DNA of 64,000 bases from the human T2T-CHM13v2.0 reference genome, Homo sapiens. The stretch spans positions 36,160,001-36,224,000 of the forward strand of contig CP068257.2 in the NCBI GenBank assembly GCA_009914755.4. The letters run 5' to 3'. The position numbers and the translations under genes are program-made. The notes beneath the pieces are model-generated. The model saw only the letters and a list, made by a program, of their open reading frames with translations, was not told the origin of the DNA and searched no databases. Below are positions 13,018 through 25,732 of this stretch, piece by piece; the stretch's first letter is position 1, and each line of letters opens with the position of its first letter.

Positions 13018-15184
13018 CTCTGAGATGACACACTTGAGGATGAAAGGTTAACTTGTTAAGGTTAGCATAGATGAGAGAAAGAGTCTAGGTCTTCGACGGC
13101 ATCCTTGCACAGCTGAATCAATACCAATCACTTCTACCACCAAGTTTACATTGCATGGAAAGCATACTCCTCCCTGTGGTTTAGTGCGCTGTCGACCAGT
13201 GTCTCTATTACTTGCAGCAGAAAGTCCTCCTAAGTCATGCAGATAGATATAATTCTCCTCTAGGTGAGAACTTTAGGTGTCTTAGGCCCCTTTGGACACA
13301 TATGCATTAGTCTGTGGTTTGAGTGGAAGGTCAGTGGCTCTATACACTTGATAGCACTTGTGACTTCAAAGGCCGCTACATACCCAGGTGTGTGAGTGAT
13401 AGAGTTGGGGGAAGAGCCAGAGATCTATGCAGGATGGGGAAGGATCATCGCGAACTTCCAATGAGTTTGGGATAAAGTAAGGTCTAGTCTCAGCTCTGAC
13501 CAGTCTAGTCTGTCTTTGATGGGTCAGACTCAAGTGGTCCACAGAACTCATCCCTTCAAGGCTAAATGTTACATTCCATGTTTAAAGACTCTGTTGCATT
13601 TGAAGTCAGCATCAATCTTAGTGCTTTTTGGGGCACAGGGTTGCAACACTTTGAATTGTGACTAGGAGATATGTTTTCTTCAGCTTTGGCTGCATCAAGG
13701 AGAAGATACAAATTTCTTAGATGCGGATCAAAGGAAGATGAAAAGGAAATGGAAAAAGCAGGCAGTAGGGGGGCATCTGTCTGTCGTTTACCACCACACA
13801 AAACTAAAAACCAACAATAACTAGCATTTATTATTGCCCTCTTTTTGCCAGGCAGCAATACCGAATACTTCCCATGAATTGTCTTATTTAGTTCTCAAAA
13901 TAACCCTATGTTCCAGGCACCATTATTATCCCCATTTCATAGATAAGGAACCTGAGGTTTAGAGAAATTAAATAACCTTGCTTAAAGTTTCACAGGCCTC
14001 AGTGGGGGCAGAGTCAGGATTAAAAGGCCAAGTGCCTTCACTCTGCGTAGGTTTTTATAACAAAACCAATCGATTTAGAACCAGTGTGGATTTCTGCTAC
14101 CTGTAGGGGACCTATATGTGACTAAGGGACTGTGACTATAGTCTCTGCAAAATGCAAGAGTGATATCTTGCCAGAGAATGTCTTCATTTCTGCTCCTCTT
14201 TTGCAAGGATTTGGAGAAAACTTTGTAAACAGGACTGAAACAGTAAAGCTAATCACATCACAATCACATGCCCACCGTCCCAAAGGATCATACTGGTGTT
14301 TGCTAATGGGAATCCTCCCTGTTCAAAGTTTAATACCTCATCCAAGGGCTCCACAATTACATTTCCATTACTTCCCACTGTTTATCACAGTTGGATTGCA
14401 AAAGCCAATTTACGTTGTGATTTCTCCTCTGCTAGATCTTTACCATCTATTTTTAAATTTGTCTCACAATCCAGCTGGGCGCTTCATCCCAAAGTGTTGG
14501 CTCCATGGTGCTGTTGGAACATTGGCCCTGGGAGGGACCTTGTCCTCCAGCCACACCGTGTCTGCTGGACCAGGCATGAGGTCATGGGAGGACCTGCGTC
14601 CTTGAATACGTCTCCAGCTCCTTCTCTCTCCTCTGGGGCAGTTTCTGATTAACCTTACATTTGGGGGCATTTAATAAAATAGATTTCCTTGTGTATTGTA
14701 AAAAGAAGAAAAATGATAGTGTTACTCTTGAAGGTCTCTGACCTGGGGTTTGTGAACCAGATTCACCCTGAGGAAAGAAAAGCACTTTCATCATCTGACT
14801 ATCCCCCGTCACAGTTCTTGTGGTCCATGCAGGGGTGACCTGCACATTGAGCTGGGGCCAGGTTTGCCGGGGCTCTGGGAGAACAAGCACATTGTCCCCT
14901 GACAAGAGGAAAGAAAGGTTTCAAGAGCCCCTTTAGAGATGGGAGGGCAGCCTGGGTCAGCAATATTTTTGTTGGCACAATCTTAGTTCTAATAAAAGAA
15001 GGAACCAGCGTACATAAAAGAAAATATAATTCTAGAATGATTTTGACCATAGCTGTCTGATATTTGAAGAGGTTTTCTTGACGGGAGATTTTATTGGCCA
15101 CCTGTCTTCCTTTCTAATAGTTCTCTAAGGTGGCAGGTGAATAAAATATGCCTGCCAGCATTGCTTTCCTAATCTGTTGGCAAA

Positions 15185-15475
15185 GATTGATTTTTTTTTT
15201 AGCCTGCTTTAAAAATGTTCTTTTTTATTGATGCATAATAGATGTACATAGTTTCAGGGCACATGTGATAATTTAATGCATTCATATAATTTGTAAAGAT
15301 CAAATCAGCGTACTTGGAATATCCATCACCATAAATATTTGTCTTTTCTTGATGCTAGAACTGTTCCAATTCTTCTCTTCTAGCGATAAAAATGTTGTTA
15401 TATCCTCCCACCTTATTTCCTTCAAACGAATTGAGCAGGGTTTTTAAATTGATATTGGAGAGATGTGACTTTCTC
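15185..15475 (-). mobile_element. Possible old L1 (L1M/L1PB-type) 3'-terminal fragment. Family and orientation are uncertain.
   Basis: A poly-T run at 15195-15204 is followed by ttattgatgcataatagatgtacatagtttcagggcacatgtgataatttaatgcattcatataatttgtaaagatcaaatcagcgtacttggaatatccatcaccataaatatttgtc. This resembles a remembered old-L1 3' UTR read in antisense. The match is not strong. Confidence 0.3.
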
Positions 15476-16916
15476 CATCAGCGGTCCAGTTGTAATGTGG
15501 TCTATTTAATTGCTAACGAATACACAGAGGTGCACATTCTCCTGGGCCAGTAGGTTTATCAGAAGACAGAATAAGAGAAAGAAAGTGAAGAAATACTTCA
15601 GCCCATGGGCTGCAAATGCTTGTGCATCAGCTGCAACCCTCCTATCTGCTGCTTTGTGGTCAGTTAGTGGTGTTTTGGCACAAGCTTCAAGTCTCCAGCA
15701 AACCCTGCCCATCTCTAGTTCAGTGGATCTCAGTTCATATGCTGGCTGGGCCACTAGCTGCCCAAATCAATCACTACACTAATTATTTTTGTTTCCTTTA
15801 AACTCAGTTCCCCTCTCTGCATTTATTTCTGTGGCCGACTGTGAAAAGCACAATCTCTCTCTTTGCCCATTTCCTTGAAGATCAGGATGTTTAAAATTTT
15901 CCAGCAACAAAGCAAAACTTTATGCAATATTATGGGAAAAGCACAGATTCTAGAGTCCAGTAGGGTAGGAGAGGAAGTAGAGGGAGCAAGTGGCTGAGAT
16001 TTATTGAGCAACTACTATATGCTAAGGGTTGTATGCTTATTGTCTCATCCACTCCTCATAGTAGGCTTAGTTTACATTGGCATTGTTTTGAATAAGGAGC
16101 GGGAGTCTCAGCCAGGGTAAGTCACTTCCCCAATATCACACAGTGAGTCTAGGGAGCAGATCTCTGTGACGAGATCTGCCCATTTTAATCAAGGGGCGTT
16201 TTCCAGTAAAGATTACAGGACAGAAGGCACACAAAAGCACACTGGTAAGCTCGGAAGCACTTCATGAGAGTTAGTTGCTGTTGCTTGCTACGTGTACATT
16301 CTGTTGGTTCCTGGAAGTTCTGCTACTTCCACTACATAGATTGGTCAAGGCCCTGTGTTGTGTGAGGCTTGGTCACAAGGTGAGTCAGTAAGCCATGAGG
16401 CCCCTCCTCTAAAGATGTACCAGCTAAGGGTGCTCCGGGGGGACTCTGATCCTAGGGCTTGTCAACTCCATGTTGAGACCTCATCAGAACCTGTATAAAG
16501 TCATTCTCTCTGTGTATCAGGATAGGATGGCCTAACCCTGATGAAGCTGGAAGGAATTTAGAGTTAGAAAATCTTCATGGTTGAAGTGTTATTTCTAGAA
16601 TGTTCCGTATCCATTAAATAACAGCTCTGTCTTTTTGAAAGGCTGACTTCTCATGGCTTGTCAGACAAAGCAGGTTATTTCATTTACATATGGAGGGATG
16701 GTGCAGGTTGTGAGTGGGTGTTAATACAACCAGAGGGCCCACACTATGAAGACAACCAGACCTGTGACACCATGAGTCACCTCTCTCCCCCAAAACCCTT
16801 CAGCCTTCGGCTGAGATGCCTTTGGTGGCACAGGCAGACACAACGGAATTAAAAGTCATCCCTTTCTTGGCACATCTGTTCTGGATCAAAAGGCATGGTT
16901 AAAGAGTGAGAGCTAT

Positions 16917-17000
16917 TGTGAACCAAGATAGCGCCACTGCAGTCTGGCCTGGGTGAAAGAGCGAGACTCCATCTCAAAAAAAAAAAAAAAAAAAAAAAAA
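16917..17000 (+). mobile_element. 5'-truncated Alu (last ~60 bp plus A-tail) flanked by a 14-bp target-site duplication
   Basis: tgtgaaccaagatagcgccactgcagtctggcctgggtgaaagagcgagactccatctc followed by a 25-nt A-tail. The duplicated sequence agagtgagagctat occurs at 16903-16916 and again at 17001-17014. Confidence 0.9.
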
Positions 17001-17465
17001 AGAGTGAGAGCTATCAAGCCTCTAAGGCTCCCTAAATGCCAGTCTCTCTATTAAACATGTGATGTGTGTTATTATTGCTTTTGGTCCTGGCAAGAATCAT
17101 GCAAGAGTGGTGCTAGTTCCATGGCAATCTGAGGCATAGGGGTGTTAAGCACTTGGCCCATGGTATATATAAAAGCTGGGGCTGAGACTCAGGCTAGTCT
17201 GATTTCAGAGCTTCAGATCTTACACACATGGACACACAGCTTCTGCAAGGGCCGGTGCCTAACTCACCATGTGAAGTGAAAGTTTGCTTAAGTAAGTTAA
17301 TACCATTTGCCTTTACCATAAATGGAAGGCAGGAAATGACACAGGCATGATGAAAGTAAAGGATAATGCATCTATTTTAAAAATGCCATGTAGTTTAGTG
17401 CATTACTTTTCAAACTTTTTTGACAATACCTCACAGTAAGAAATATATTTGTTATTGTGACTCAG

Positions 17466-17525
17466 TAGAAACACTCACATATATGTGTGTGCACGCATGT
17501 GTGTGTGTGTCTGTGTATGTGTATG
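17466..17525. repeat. Imperfect (GT)n / (TG)n microsatellite
   Basis: catatatgtgtgtgcacgcatgtgtgtgtgtgtctgtgtatgtgtatgg. Confidence 0.8.
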
Positions 17526-17699
17526 GACCCAAACCAAAAGTTTCATGGAAGAGTTCTTTTTTCCTTAACATGTACTCTGCACTGAAAGATTTTCTGTTCC
17601 ATATTTCTCTACTTCACTGTTTTAAAGTGCTGGTTAAATTCATTTCATTTCTCCATCTGTTGGTTGTGACCCTTCATCATACATAGATAGTGGTTAATG

Positions 17700-17900
17700 G
17701 GGGCCATGTCTCTGGACCAGACTATCTGAATGGGATTTCTAGATCTTCCACTTCTTAGCTGTTTAACCTTGAGACAATTCCTTAACCCCTCATGCCTCAG
17801 TTTCCTCATCTATAAAATGGGCATAATAAAAATAATACCAGTTCAACAAGGTTGTTATGTGAATTAGGTAAAATAAGGTATATGAAGTGCTTAAACCAAA
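17700..17900 (+). mobile_element. MIR SINE
   Basis: cttagctgtttaaccttgagacaattccttaacccctcatgcctcagtttcctcatctataaaatgggcataataaaaataataccagttcaacaaggttgttatgtgaattaggtaaaataaggtatatgaagtgcttaaacc matches the MIR core and 3' region. Confidence 0.7.
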
Positions 17901-18039
17901 GACTGGGAAAAGCAAAGACCTCACTAATGTTAGCTGTTAGTTCTTTATCGTTACACATGACTTTCAACAACGTATTTATTTTATTAGGTGAGGCACTCAT
18001 AGCTGCTGTGTAATAACCTTTTAAAAAAATTCTTTCTCC

Positions 18040-18350
18040 AGCAAACTAACACAGGAACAGAGAACCAAACACCACATATTCTCATTCATAAGTGGGAGTT
18101 GAACAATGAGAACACTTGGACACAGGGAGGGGAACATCACATACCGGGGCCTGTCGGGAGTTGGGGGGCAAGGGGAGGGAGAACATTAGGACAAATACCT
18201 AATGCATGTGGGGCTTAAAACCTAGATGATGGGTTGACAGGCAAACCACCATGACACATGTATACCTATGTAACAAACCTGCACGTTCTGCACATGCATC
18301 CTAGAACTTAAAGTAAAATAAAAAAGAAAAAAAATAGAAAAAGAAAAAAA
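18040..18350 (+). mobile_element. L1 3'-terminal fragment, heavily 5'-truncated (last ~300 bp plus an A-rich tail)
   Basis: cagcaaactaacacaggaacagagaaccaaacaccacatattctcattcataagtgggagttgaacaatgagaacacttggacacagggaggggaacatcacataccggggcctgtcgggagttgggggg...cctgcacgttctgcacatgcatcctagaacttaaagtaaaataaaaaag. Confidence 0.9.
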
Positions 18351-18891
18351 AAATTAAGGCAGTGGGCATCTACGAGAAGAATGCAATTCCGCCCATGAAT
18401 GAGTTAGAGGTCTGGGTAAAGATCATGTAAAACTCCACTTCCCTAGCTCTTAGAGACAGTAAGGCTGGTATGAAGTAGGTAACCAAAAACTTAAAATTCA
18501 AACATTGCTCTACATGTTAGTTTAATGTATATTCATAATACAGATAATAGGTCATCAAGAGAAGGTAAAATTATACTTAGCCTAAACTAAAGAAGTTGAG
18601 GAAACAGAACACATTTTAGAAAAACTTCCATCAGGATAATGAAATGAAACCAAATTGTTGGCGCAGATGGAGGTAAACTTCTGTGTTTTAGAAGATTGAT
18701 TTGTGTGGAGGTGTCCTCCCCAGCATGCCTTCGGGTGATGGAAGGTCACTTACAATGTGTACAGCAGGAGGTGCTGGGGTGAGGAAAATTAGGGCAAGAG
18801 GAGGCTCAGCTAACCCTCAGGCTTCCCTTTTTAAGAAAGATATGGGATTTCCTTGGGTCATGTCCTAAAGAAAGTAAGATTGCCACATAGA

Positions 18892-19189
18892 GGGCTGGAC
18901 ATGGTGGTTCATGGCTGCAATCCTAACACTTTGGAAGGCCGAGGCGGGTGGATCACCTGAGGTCAGGAGTTCGAGGCCAGCCTGGCCAACATGGTGAAAA
19001 CCCGTCTCTACTAAAAATACAAAAATTAGCCGGGCATGGTGGTGGGTGCCTGTAATCCCAGCTACTCGGGAGGCTGAGGCAGGAGAATGGCGAGAACCGG
19101 TTGCAGTGAGCTGAGATCATGCCATTGCACTCCAGCCTGGGCAACAAGAGGGAAACTCCGTCTCAAAAAAAAAAAAACAAAAAAAAAAA
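18892..19189 (+). mobile_element. Full-length Alu (AluS-like) with an A-tail and an 11-bp target-site duplication
   Basis: gggctggacatggtggttcatggctgcaatcctaacactttggaaggccgaggcgggtggatcacctgaggtcaggagttcgaggccagcctggccaacatggtgaaaacccgtctctactaaaaatacaaaaattagccgggcatggtggtgggtgcctgtaatcccagctactcgggaggctgaggcaggagaatggcgagaaccgg...gtctcaaaaaaaaaaaa. The duplicated sequence tgccacataga occurs at 18881-18891 and again at 19191-19201. Confidence 0.97.
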
Positions 19190-20205
19190 CTGCCACATAG
19201 AATGCAACCACATTTTTTCTGAGGGTTAAAAAAGAAAATAAAGAAAAATAATCTCTTTAGGGCCTCAAGAATGTTTTTGAGGTGGTATTATTTTTATTAT
19301 GCCCATCTTACAGATGAGGAAACAGGCATGAGAGGTTAAGGAGTTTTCCTTAGCCACAATCTTGGGCATGAAACCCTGGGATTTCTCCCAGTTTTGATGT
19401 ATTATAATAGAGTCTCATCCTGCCCCTTGCAATTGAGATGTAGAAGAATAATCCGTTCTATGGGAGCCTGAGGGGAAGGGCAGCCATGGAGGACTGGAGT
19501 CTGTTGGGAGAGAGCAGCGCTGTGATCGGCTTCTATGCTCTGGGTTTACATTTGCCGTAGCCCGTGGTTGCATCCAGCGCTTTCTCCCTGCCATTTTTTA
19601 TGGCCCTGCGTGGAGGTGAAAAGGCGAGGACGATGCCAAGATGAATGAGCAAGCCTGAAGTCACTGTTCTCAGCTGGATCAACAGCCTTCGCTCTGCCTG
19701 TTCTTAGGAGCTTGGTGTGTTGGAAACAAAGCGAAATTAGAGTGATATTAAAATAAATGACTCCATTAAAATGGATCAACCCCGTGAGCCCAAGGAAAGA
19801 CTGACTTCATTTTGAAAGCGGCAAAGTGGTTGGTATTTCAGAAGCCTAAGGTGGCAGGTTCCAGGCCAGTAGCCTGACCTGAAGGGTGGCAGATGGGACC
19901 AGGCCCCATTTCATTTGCGAGTTAGTTGGATCTGACTCACTTGTTAGCCTCGGTTTTGTCCTATTTGCAATCAAGTGCTTGGATGAGACTTTTCTGAGGT
20001 CCCTCCTGGTTCTCATACTGAGATTCAGGGTGGTCAGAGTGGGACCCTCCCCTCATTGGACCTCAACTGGGCCTCCTGGAAGACCAACTTCCCAGATGTA
20101 GCCCTGTTACTATAACTTGGGGTCCCTGTGTCCCTGTATTATTTGTCAATACAGTTGCAGTTGGCCTCTCTGGGGTCTCCTTTGAGTGTTTGTGGGCTTT
20201 CTTTC

Positions 20206-20486
<281 letters not shown>

Positions 20487-20495
20487 AAGTGCTGG

Positions 20496-20784
20496 GCTTT
20501 CTTTCTTTTTTTAAGATGGAGTCTTACTTTGTTGCCCAGGCTGGAGTGCAGTGGCTTGATCTCAGCTCAATGCCACCTCTCTGCCCCCTGGGTTCAAGTG
20601 ATTCTCTTGAGTAGCTGTGATTACAAGCATGTGCCACCATGCCTGTCTAGTTTTTGTCTTTTTAGTAGAGATGGGGTTTTGCCATGTTGGTCAGGCTGGT
20701 TTCCAACTCCTGACCTCAAGTGATCTGCCCGCCTCGGTCTCCCAAAGCACTGGGATTACAAGGCGTGAGCCACTGTGCCTGGCC
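20496..20784 (-). mobile_element. Alu (older, AluS/J-like), minus orientation
   Basis: tttttttaagatggagtcttactttgttgcccaggctggagtgcagtggcttgatctcagctcaatgccacctctctgccccctgggttcaagtgattctcttgagtagctgtgattacaagcatgtgccaccatgcctg...ctcccaaagcactgggattacaaggcgtgagccactgtgcctggcc. Confidence 0.95.
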
Positions 20785-21889
20785 CTTTGTGTCTTTTTGT
20801 AGTTACCATGCACAAGGATTTAGTGTGAGTTATAAACAATGAAACAAAGGTAATTTTTATGTAATCATGACAATCCACAAAACCCAGTGTCTGGAGTGAA
20901 GGGAATGACAGAATACCAAGTTTTAGAGTCTATCTTTATACGGCTGTATTTCCCTGACAGAATTATAACACCAATGAAAACATGACAGTGACACTGTTGA
21001 CTCACTACCAACTGACATTTTCCCGCCTGTGGTTTGCATTTTTTTTTTTCTAACCAGTCTACCACCTACAACAGAGATGAGTGCCAGATACTCACTTTTC
21101 AACATCCTCACAACTCGGGGTTGCCTGTGTTTTCCAGTCCTAAGGGAAGGTCAGCAGATAAGTGGGTAGAGGTGAAATGAAAGAGGGGATTCTCCCTGCT
21201 CCATCCCACGTTTGCACCTGGTTGAGGCAGGATACGATGTGTGGAGCTATGGCAGCCTTCTTACCTCCAAGAGGGGAAGGCCGAAAGAAGAAATGAAGGG
21301 AAATGGGTCCAGGCAAGCTCTGAGAATTTTGAGCTACTGAACTGGACAAGTTACCTTTGGATTTTTTGTAGGTGGGACTTATTAACAATCCTCCAATATT
21401 GATATCACTTTAGCTAAACATTCTCTCAGTTGCAGTCTAGAGCTTCCTAGTTGATAAGCTATAGCAAACTCCTTTTAGGTCACTCCTCTATACTGAGCAT
21501 TGGTGCTAAGGGCTCCCTGTTTTATCATTCTAATAATACAACAACAATCCCAGAAAGTGCATTTATTACAAGCCCTGTTTTACAGACACAAAAACTGAAG
21601 CCTAGAGATGGGAAGTATCTGGCCTTGGAACACGTGGTTGGTGGGTGGTTGAGGCAGGACTTGAGCCTGTGCTTTCAAATTCCTCTGTGCCTGGGGCACA
21701 GCGGAGCAAGCAGCCCCTCCACATGGGCTCTGGAGAAGCCCAGGAAGGGCACTGGCTCTGCTTTGAGTCCTCCTTCCCACTAGCCTCATGTCCCATGAGT
21801 CTCACTCCTAGTATTTCCTTAGGAAGGCTTTTGGGGAGCTGTGCATTTGAGTGCAGTTACCCTGTAGTGCTGCCCCAAGAGAAAGAAAA

Positions 21890-22385
21890 CATATGCTCAC
21901 ACAAAAACCCATACACAAATGTCCAAGGCAGTGTTGCTCACAATAACCAAAAGGTGAAAACAACTCAAATGTACATCAACTGATCAGTGGATAAACAAAA
22001 TGTGGTCTGTCCAGGACGGAATATGATTCAGCCATAAAAGGAATGAAGTACTGATCTGTGCTACAACATAGATGAACCTTGAAAACATGCCTAGTGAAAC
22101 AAGCCAGATAGGAAAGACCATAGATGGTGTGATTCCATTCATAATAGGGCATCTGTTGAGACAGAAAGTAGATCTGTGGTTGTTTGGGGCCGGGGAAAAG
22201 GTGTGGGAAGGTGATAGTTTAAGAACACAAGGCTTCTTTTTGAGGTGATAGAAAGGTTCTAAAATTGATCTCGGTGATAGTTACACATATCTTTGAATAC
22301 ACCTAAACCACTGAATTGTACAATTTAAATGGGTGAATCGTACGGCATGTGAATTATCTCAATAAGGATTTTAACTTTTAAATTC
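21890..22385 (+). mobile_element. Old L1 (L1M-type), end of ORF2 plus 3' UTR fragment
   Basis: ccaaggcagtgttgctcacaataaccaaaaggtgaaaacaactcaaatgtacatcaactgatcagtggataaacaaaatgtggtctgtcc...cactgaattgtacaatttaaatgggtgaatcgtacggcatgtgaattatctcaataaggatttt. This is the typical old-L1 terminal motif. Confidence 0.7.
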
Positions 22386-22702
22386 AAGGGTACACATGTG
22401 CAGGTTTGTTATATAGGTAAACTTGTGTCACGGGGGTTTGTTGTACCGAATATTTTGTTACCCAGGTATTAAACATAGTACCTATTGGTTATTTTTCCTG
22501 ATCCTCTCCCTCCTCCCATGCTCCACTCTCCACTAGGCCCCAGTGTGTGCCATTCCCCTCTACATGTCCATGCATTCTCTTCATGTAACTCCCACTTACA
22601 AGTGAGAACACGCAGTATTTGGTTTTCTGTTCCTGCATTAGTTTGCTAAGGATAATGGCCCCCAGCTCCATCCATGTTCCTGCAAAGGACATGATCTTGT
22701 TC
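22385..22702 (-). mobile_element. L1 3'-terminal fragment in minus orientation (5'-truncated)
   Basis: gggtacacatgtgcaggtttgttatataggtaaacttgtgtcacgggggtttgttgtaccgaatattttgttacccaggtattaaacatagtacctattggttatttttcctgatcctctccctcctccc...agtgagaacacgcagtatttggttttctgttcctgcattagtttgctaaggataatggcccccagctccatccatgttcctgcaaaggacatgatc is the antisense of the L1 3' end. ORF 22489..22692 (-) gives the L1 ORF2 C-terminus-like MSFAGTWMELGAIILSKLMQEQKTKYCVFSL. Confidence 0.9.
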
Positions 22703-22900
22703 TCAATAAGGATGTTTTCAAAAAATCACAGTGCTGCCTAGGAGGGGAAATGCCTTAGCCAGTCACCCAACACATGTAGGCTCAGCCTCCAGCAGCTTTG
22801 AAGGCGGCAGAAAGGGAGGATGAAAGGCGGGAAGGCTGGGAGAAGCTGGGGTCAGGGAGATCTGTTAGCTCAGCATGACCCAGGAAGAGGCAGGAGAGGA
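22703..22900 (+). repeat. Left arm of a ~200-bp inverted-repeat pair (partner at 25000-25208), family unknown
   Basis: ctcaataaggatgttttcaaaaaatcacagtgctgcctaggaggggaaatgccttagccagtcacccaacacatgtaggctcagcctccagcagctttgaaggcggcagaaagggaggatgaaaggcgggaaggctgggagaagctggggtcagggagatctgttagctcagcatgacccaggaagagg is ~80-90% identical to the reverse complement of 25000-25208. Confidence 0.8.
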
Positions 22901-24999
22901 AGGGGTGAATTCCTTTCCTTCTTTCACTCCCTTGAGCAAAGTGAGTCTCCTCTACACAGTAATTATGGGTCAACAGGCAAGAGCAAGTTCTTCTGCTTGA
23001 GGCAGAAAAAATAATGCCTCAGTGAACTGCAGCTTAGTTCACAAAACTTTGTGTGAATAAATCAGATATTCCCATTTTGTAAAAAGATATAAACACTCAG
23101 GAAATACCTACTCAAATATTTGTTCTAAGTTCTCTCGAAATGTTTGAGGTTTCCAGAATGTCTGTTACATTTCTTATATGACATTTAGAAGCCTCACTGA
23201 TTATCCTTGACTTATATATATTTAAAATGTGGTTTAGTTTGGGCATCTTCCCAGAAGCCCTAATTTTGAGAGAGCACTGTTACAATAGATTTGTCTTCCT
23301 GGTTATTTTTCCTATGGATTCTATTTTAAAGTTACAATTTTAAAATTATTATCTATGAATTTCTTCAAAAATTCCTACAAAAAACTATGAAAATGTGTTT
23401 TTTAGTAAGAGAGGCACCCAAATGCCTCTATCTGTTAAACCTTGGACTCCTCACCCCTAGGATAACACCATGAACTGCAGACAAATGTATCTGAGGCATT
23501 TGTAAGAAGTGGCTCATTCCACAGCTATAATTCTCAGCTAAAGTCCTGGAAGAAGTTGGAAATGGAGCATTTATCAAGAGCAAAAGGAAGACTTGGCTGG
23601 AACAAACCGTGCCCTATTTCCCTGGAATGGAGACTTCTTCAGAGGTAGCTGGGCAGAGGCTGAGCTAGCATGACACACCAAGTTGCCCACTGAGTCCACA
23701 CTGGGTTCTAGACAGAGAGGATGTGGCGTGGGATGACCTCAGGGTGTTGGAGAAAGGCCATGAAGAAATCCACTTAAATAAAATAGGGACCCAAACTTTA
23801 TGCTGGACAATGAAAATGTCCAGTGTTACATTGTGGGGACTTTATCCCAAAAAGTGAAACAAAAACTCTGAAAATAAGTTATCTGATATTAAACATAATT
23901 TTGGACGTAGTTCTAACCAAGCTACCGTTCTTAGAAAATAAGCAGGAATTAAGTGTTGATTATTTCTCATCTGGGTGATTTTTCTGGCAAAAATCCACAT
24001 TAGTACAATTAAATAGCCTCTCTTTTATACAGAGAGCTTATCAGCAAGACCATAAAGAAAGTCGGTTTTGCAGAGACAGGCAGGGGCTTTATTTCCCGAA
24101 GGGCCGCTGATAACCCTTGATAAGCATATCATTCTCTCTGAAGGCACATCCTGTTTGCCATCTTCCTGATCATTTTCTCCTCTTCAGTAGGGAATGAGTT
24201 CGTCTCTACTAAATCATCATTGTCAGTGATGTACCCCCCGCCAAGAGGGGCGGAGGTTCCCAACCTCCCAGCCCATGACTTTATGAAATTCCACATCTGT
24301 CACAAGATTGCACATCTTACTTTGCAAGGCATTTGCACTGGATTATCGGGTAGGATCCTGACTCAGAGAGAGACTGAACTACAGGGAACTGGATGCCTCT
24401 GCGGAGGTTGATGAGAGGTAGGGAAGACGGATGTTGGGGATAAGGGAGAGGGGGACTCGTTGTTAAAGATGGCCAGTTCATAGGGAGTATCCTTGTTTAG
24501 GACAACTTTGACCGAACATACTCAACCTTCTGACTTTTCAGAATCAGATAGCTGGGGTTCTCTGCATATCATCTGGATTTTTGAACCCAACCCTTTGGCC
24601 TCAGTTTCCTGGATATTTTGGATAAAAGCACACCCCCATTTTGCCTGAGTTATCTTGCAAACAGCCCCGATTTTTGGCTTCATTTATTGTCTGGGTTTTG
24701 ATACCAGATGAACATTTTTGGAGCATCCACTGTGTGCAAAACTCCAAGGAGCCACTGGGGCTTCTGCAGAGCCCCTGCCGCATGCTTTTCTCCAAGATGC
24801 CATCTGGAGAACTCCATCCTGCACAGTTTCAAGCAGCACTTCTGGGACGCTTGGTTGTCCTGCCTCTCTGGTGACCCCAGCTCTTTTCACATCACTTTGC
24901 TTGCCATGCACAACTGCAATTATTTGTGTGCCAGTCTCCCTCCACTTCACCCTCACGGGCAGCCCCAGGGCATGGGCTCACCACCCTTCTTGGGTCTCT

Positions 25000-25208
25000 A
25001 CTTGTGCTTTTCTCCATCACTGGGTAACGCTGAGCGAATATGTCTCCCTGACTCAGCTTCTCCCAGCCTTCCCACTTCTCATCCTCTCCTTCTGCCCACC
25101 TCAAAGCTGCTGGAGGCTGAGCCTATGTGTGTTGGGTGACTGGCTAAGGCATTTCCCCTCCTAGGCAGCACTGTGATTTTTTTTTAAAAAATCATCCTTA
25201 TTGAAGTG
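25000..25208 (-). repeat. Right arm of the inverted-repeat pair (partner at 22703-22900)
   Basis: ...cctctccttctgcccacctcaaagctgctggaggctgagcctatgtgtgttgggtgactggctaaggcatttcccctcctaggcagcactgtgatttttttttaaaaaatcatccttattgaag is the reverse complement of the left arm. Confidence 0.8.
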
Positions 25209-25732
25209 GAGGTGTGGACCCCTTTCCCGACTCAGAGGACTGTGGTGAGGACAAGGAAGATGACATCAAACCACTTGCATTTTATTTGGTATTTCTCAAA
25301 GCCCCTTAACATCAACTATCTCAACATTATTCCCCCCAGTCACCATGTGTGGTAGGCATGAAAGATACTGTCCCTAAAGTGGGTTGATAAAGTAGTAGTT
25401 AGAGTGACTATGCTCAGAGAAGGTGTGATTTGCCCAAAATTATACAACTTGTGAGTGGTGAAGCTGGAGCCAATGCCAAATTCTTAGTTATTTCCACAGA
25501 AACAGGGCACATTTAGGGCTTTGACATCACCAACTTTCAGAGCCTATTACTACCTATGATGAGAAGGATATAGCATGGCGGGGGTGAAGGATCCAGGCAT
25601 CCTTCCATTCATTTCCTCATCCTGTGGTCCTTTCTTAGCCTTCCCTCTAAGCAAGAAGCAGTTGTTGCAGGGGGGAACACCCCAAGCTTCCCAGTGTCCA
25701 GGCCTGGGAGACTGTGGCAGGCTAAGCAATGT

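Noticed and set aside
14132-14652. 157-aa and 118-aa plus-strand ORFs
   Set aside because: The reading frames overlap. There is no recognisable domain, and no codon-usage contrast with the flanks that I can see. The mammalian-intron context makes a 500-bp unspliced coding gene implausible.
24708-25164. Two overlapping ~145-aa plus-strand ORFs in non-repeat sequence
   Set aside because: They overlap each other in different frames. They have leucine/serine/proline-rich low-complexity translations and no recognisable motif. Their 3' portions (25000-25164) run into the right arm of the 22703/25000 inverted-repeat pair. They are most likely chance ORFs.
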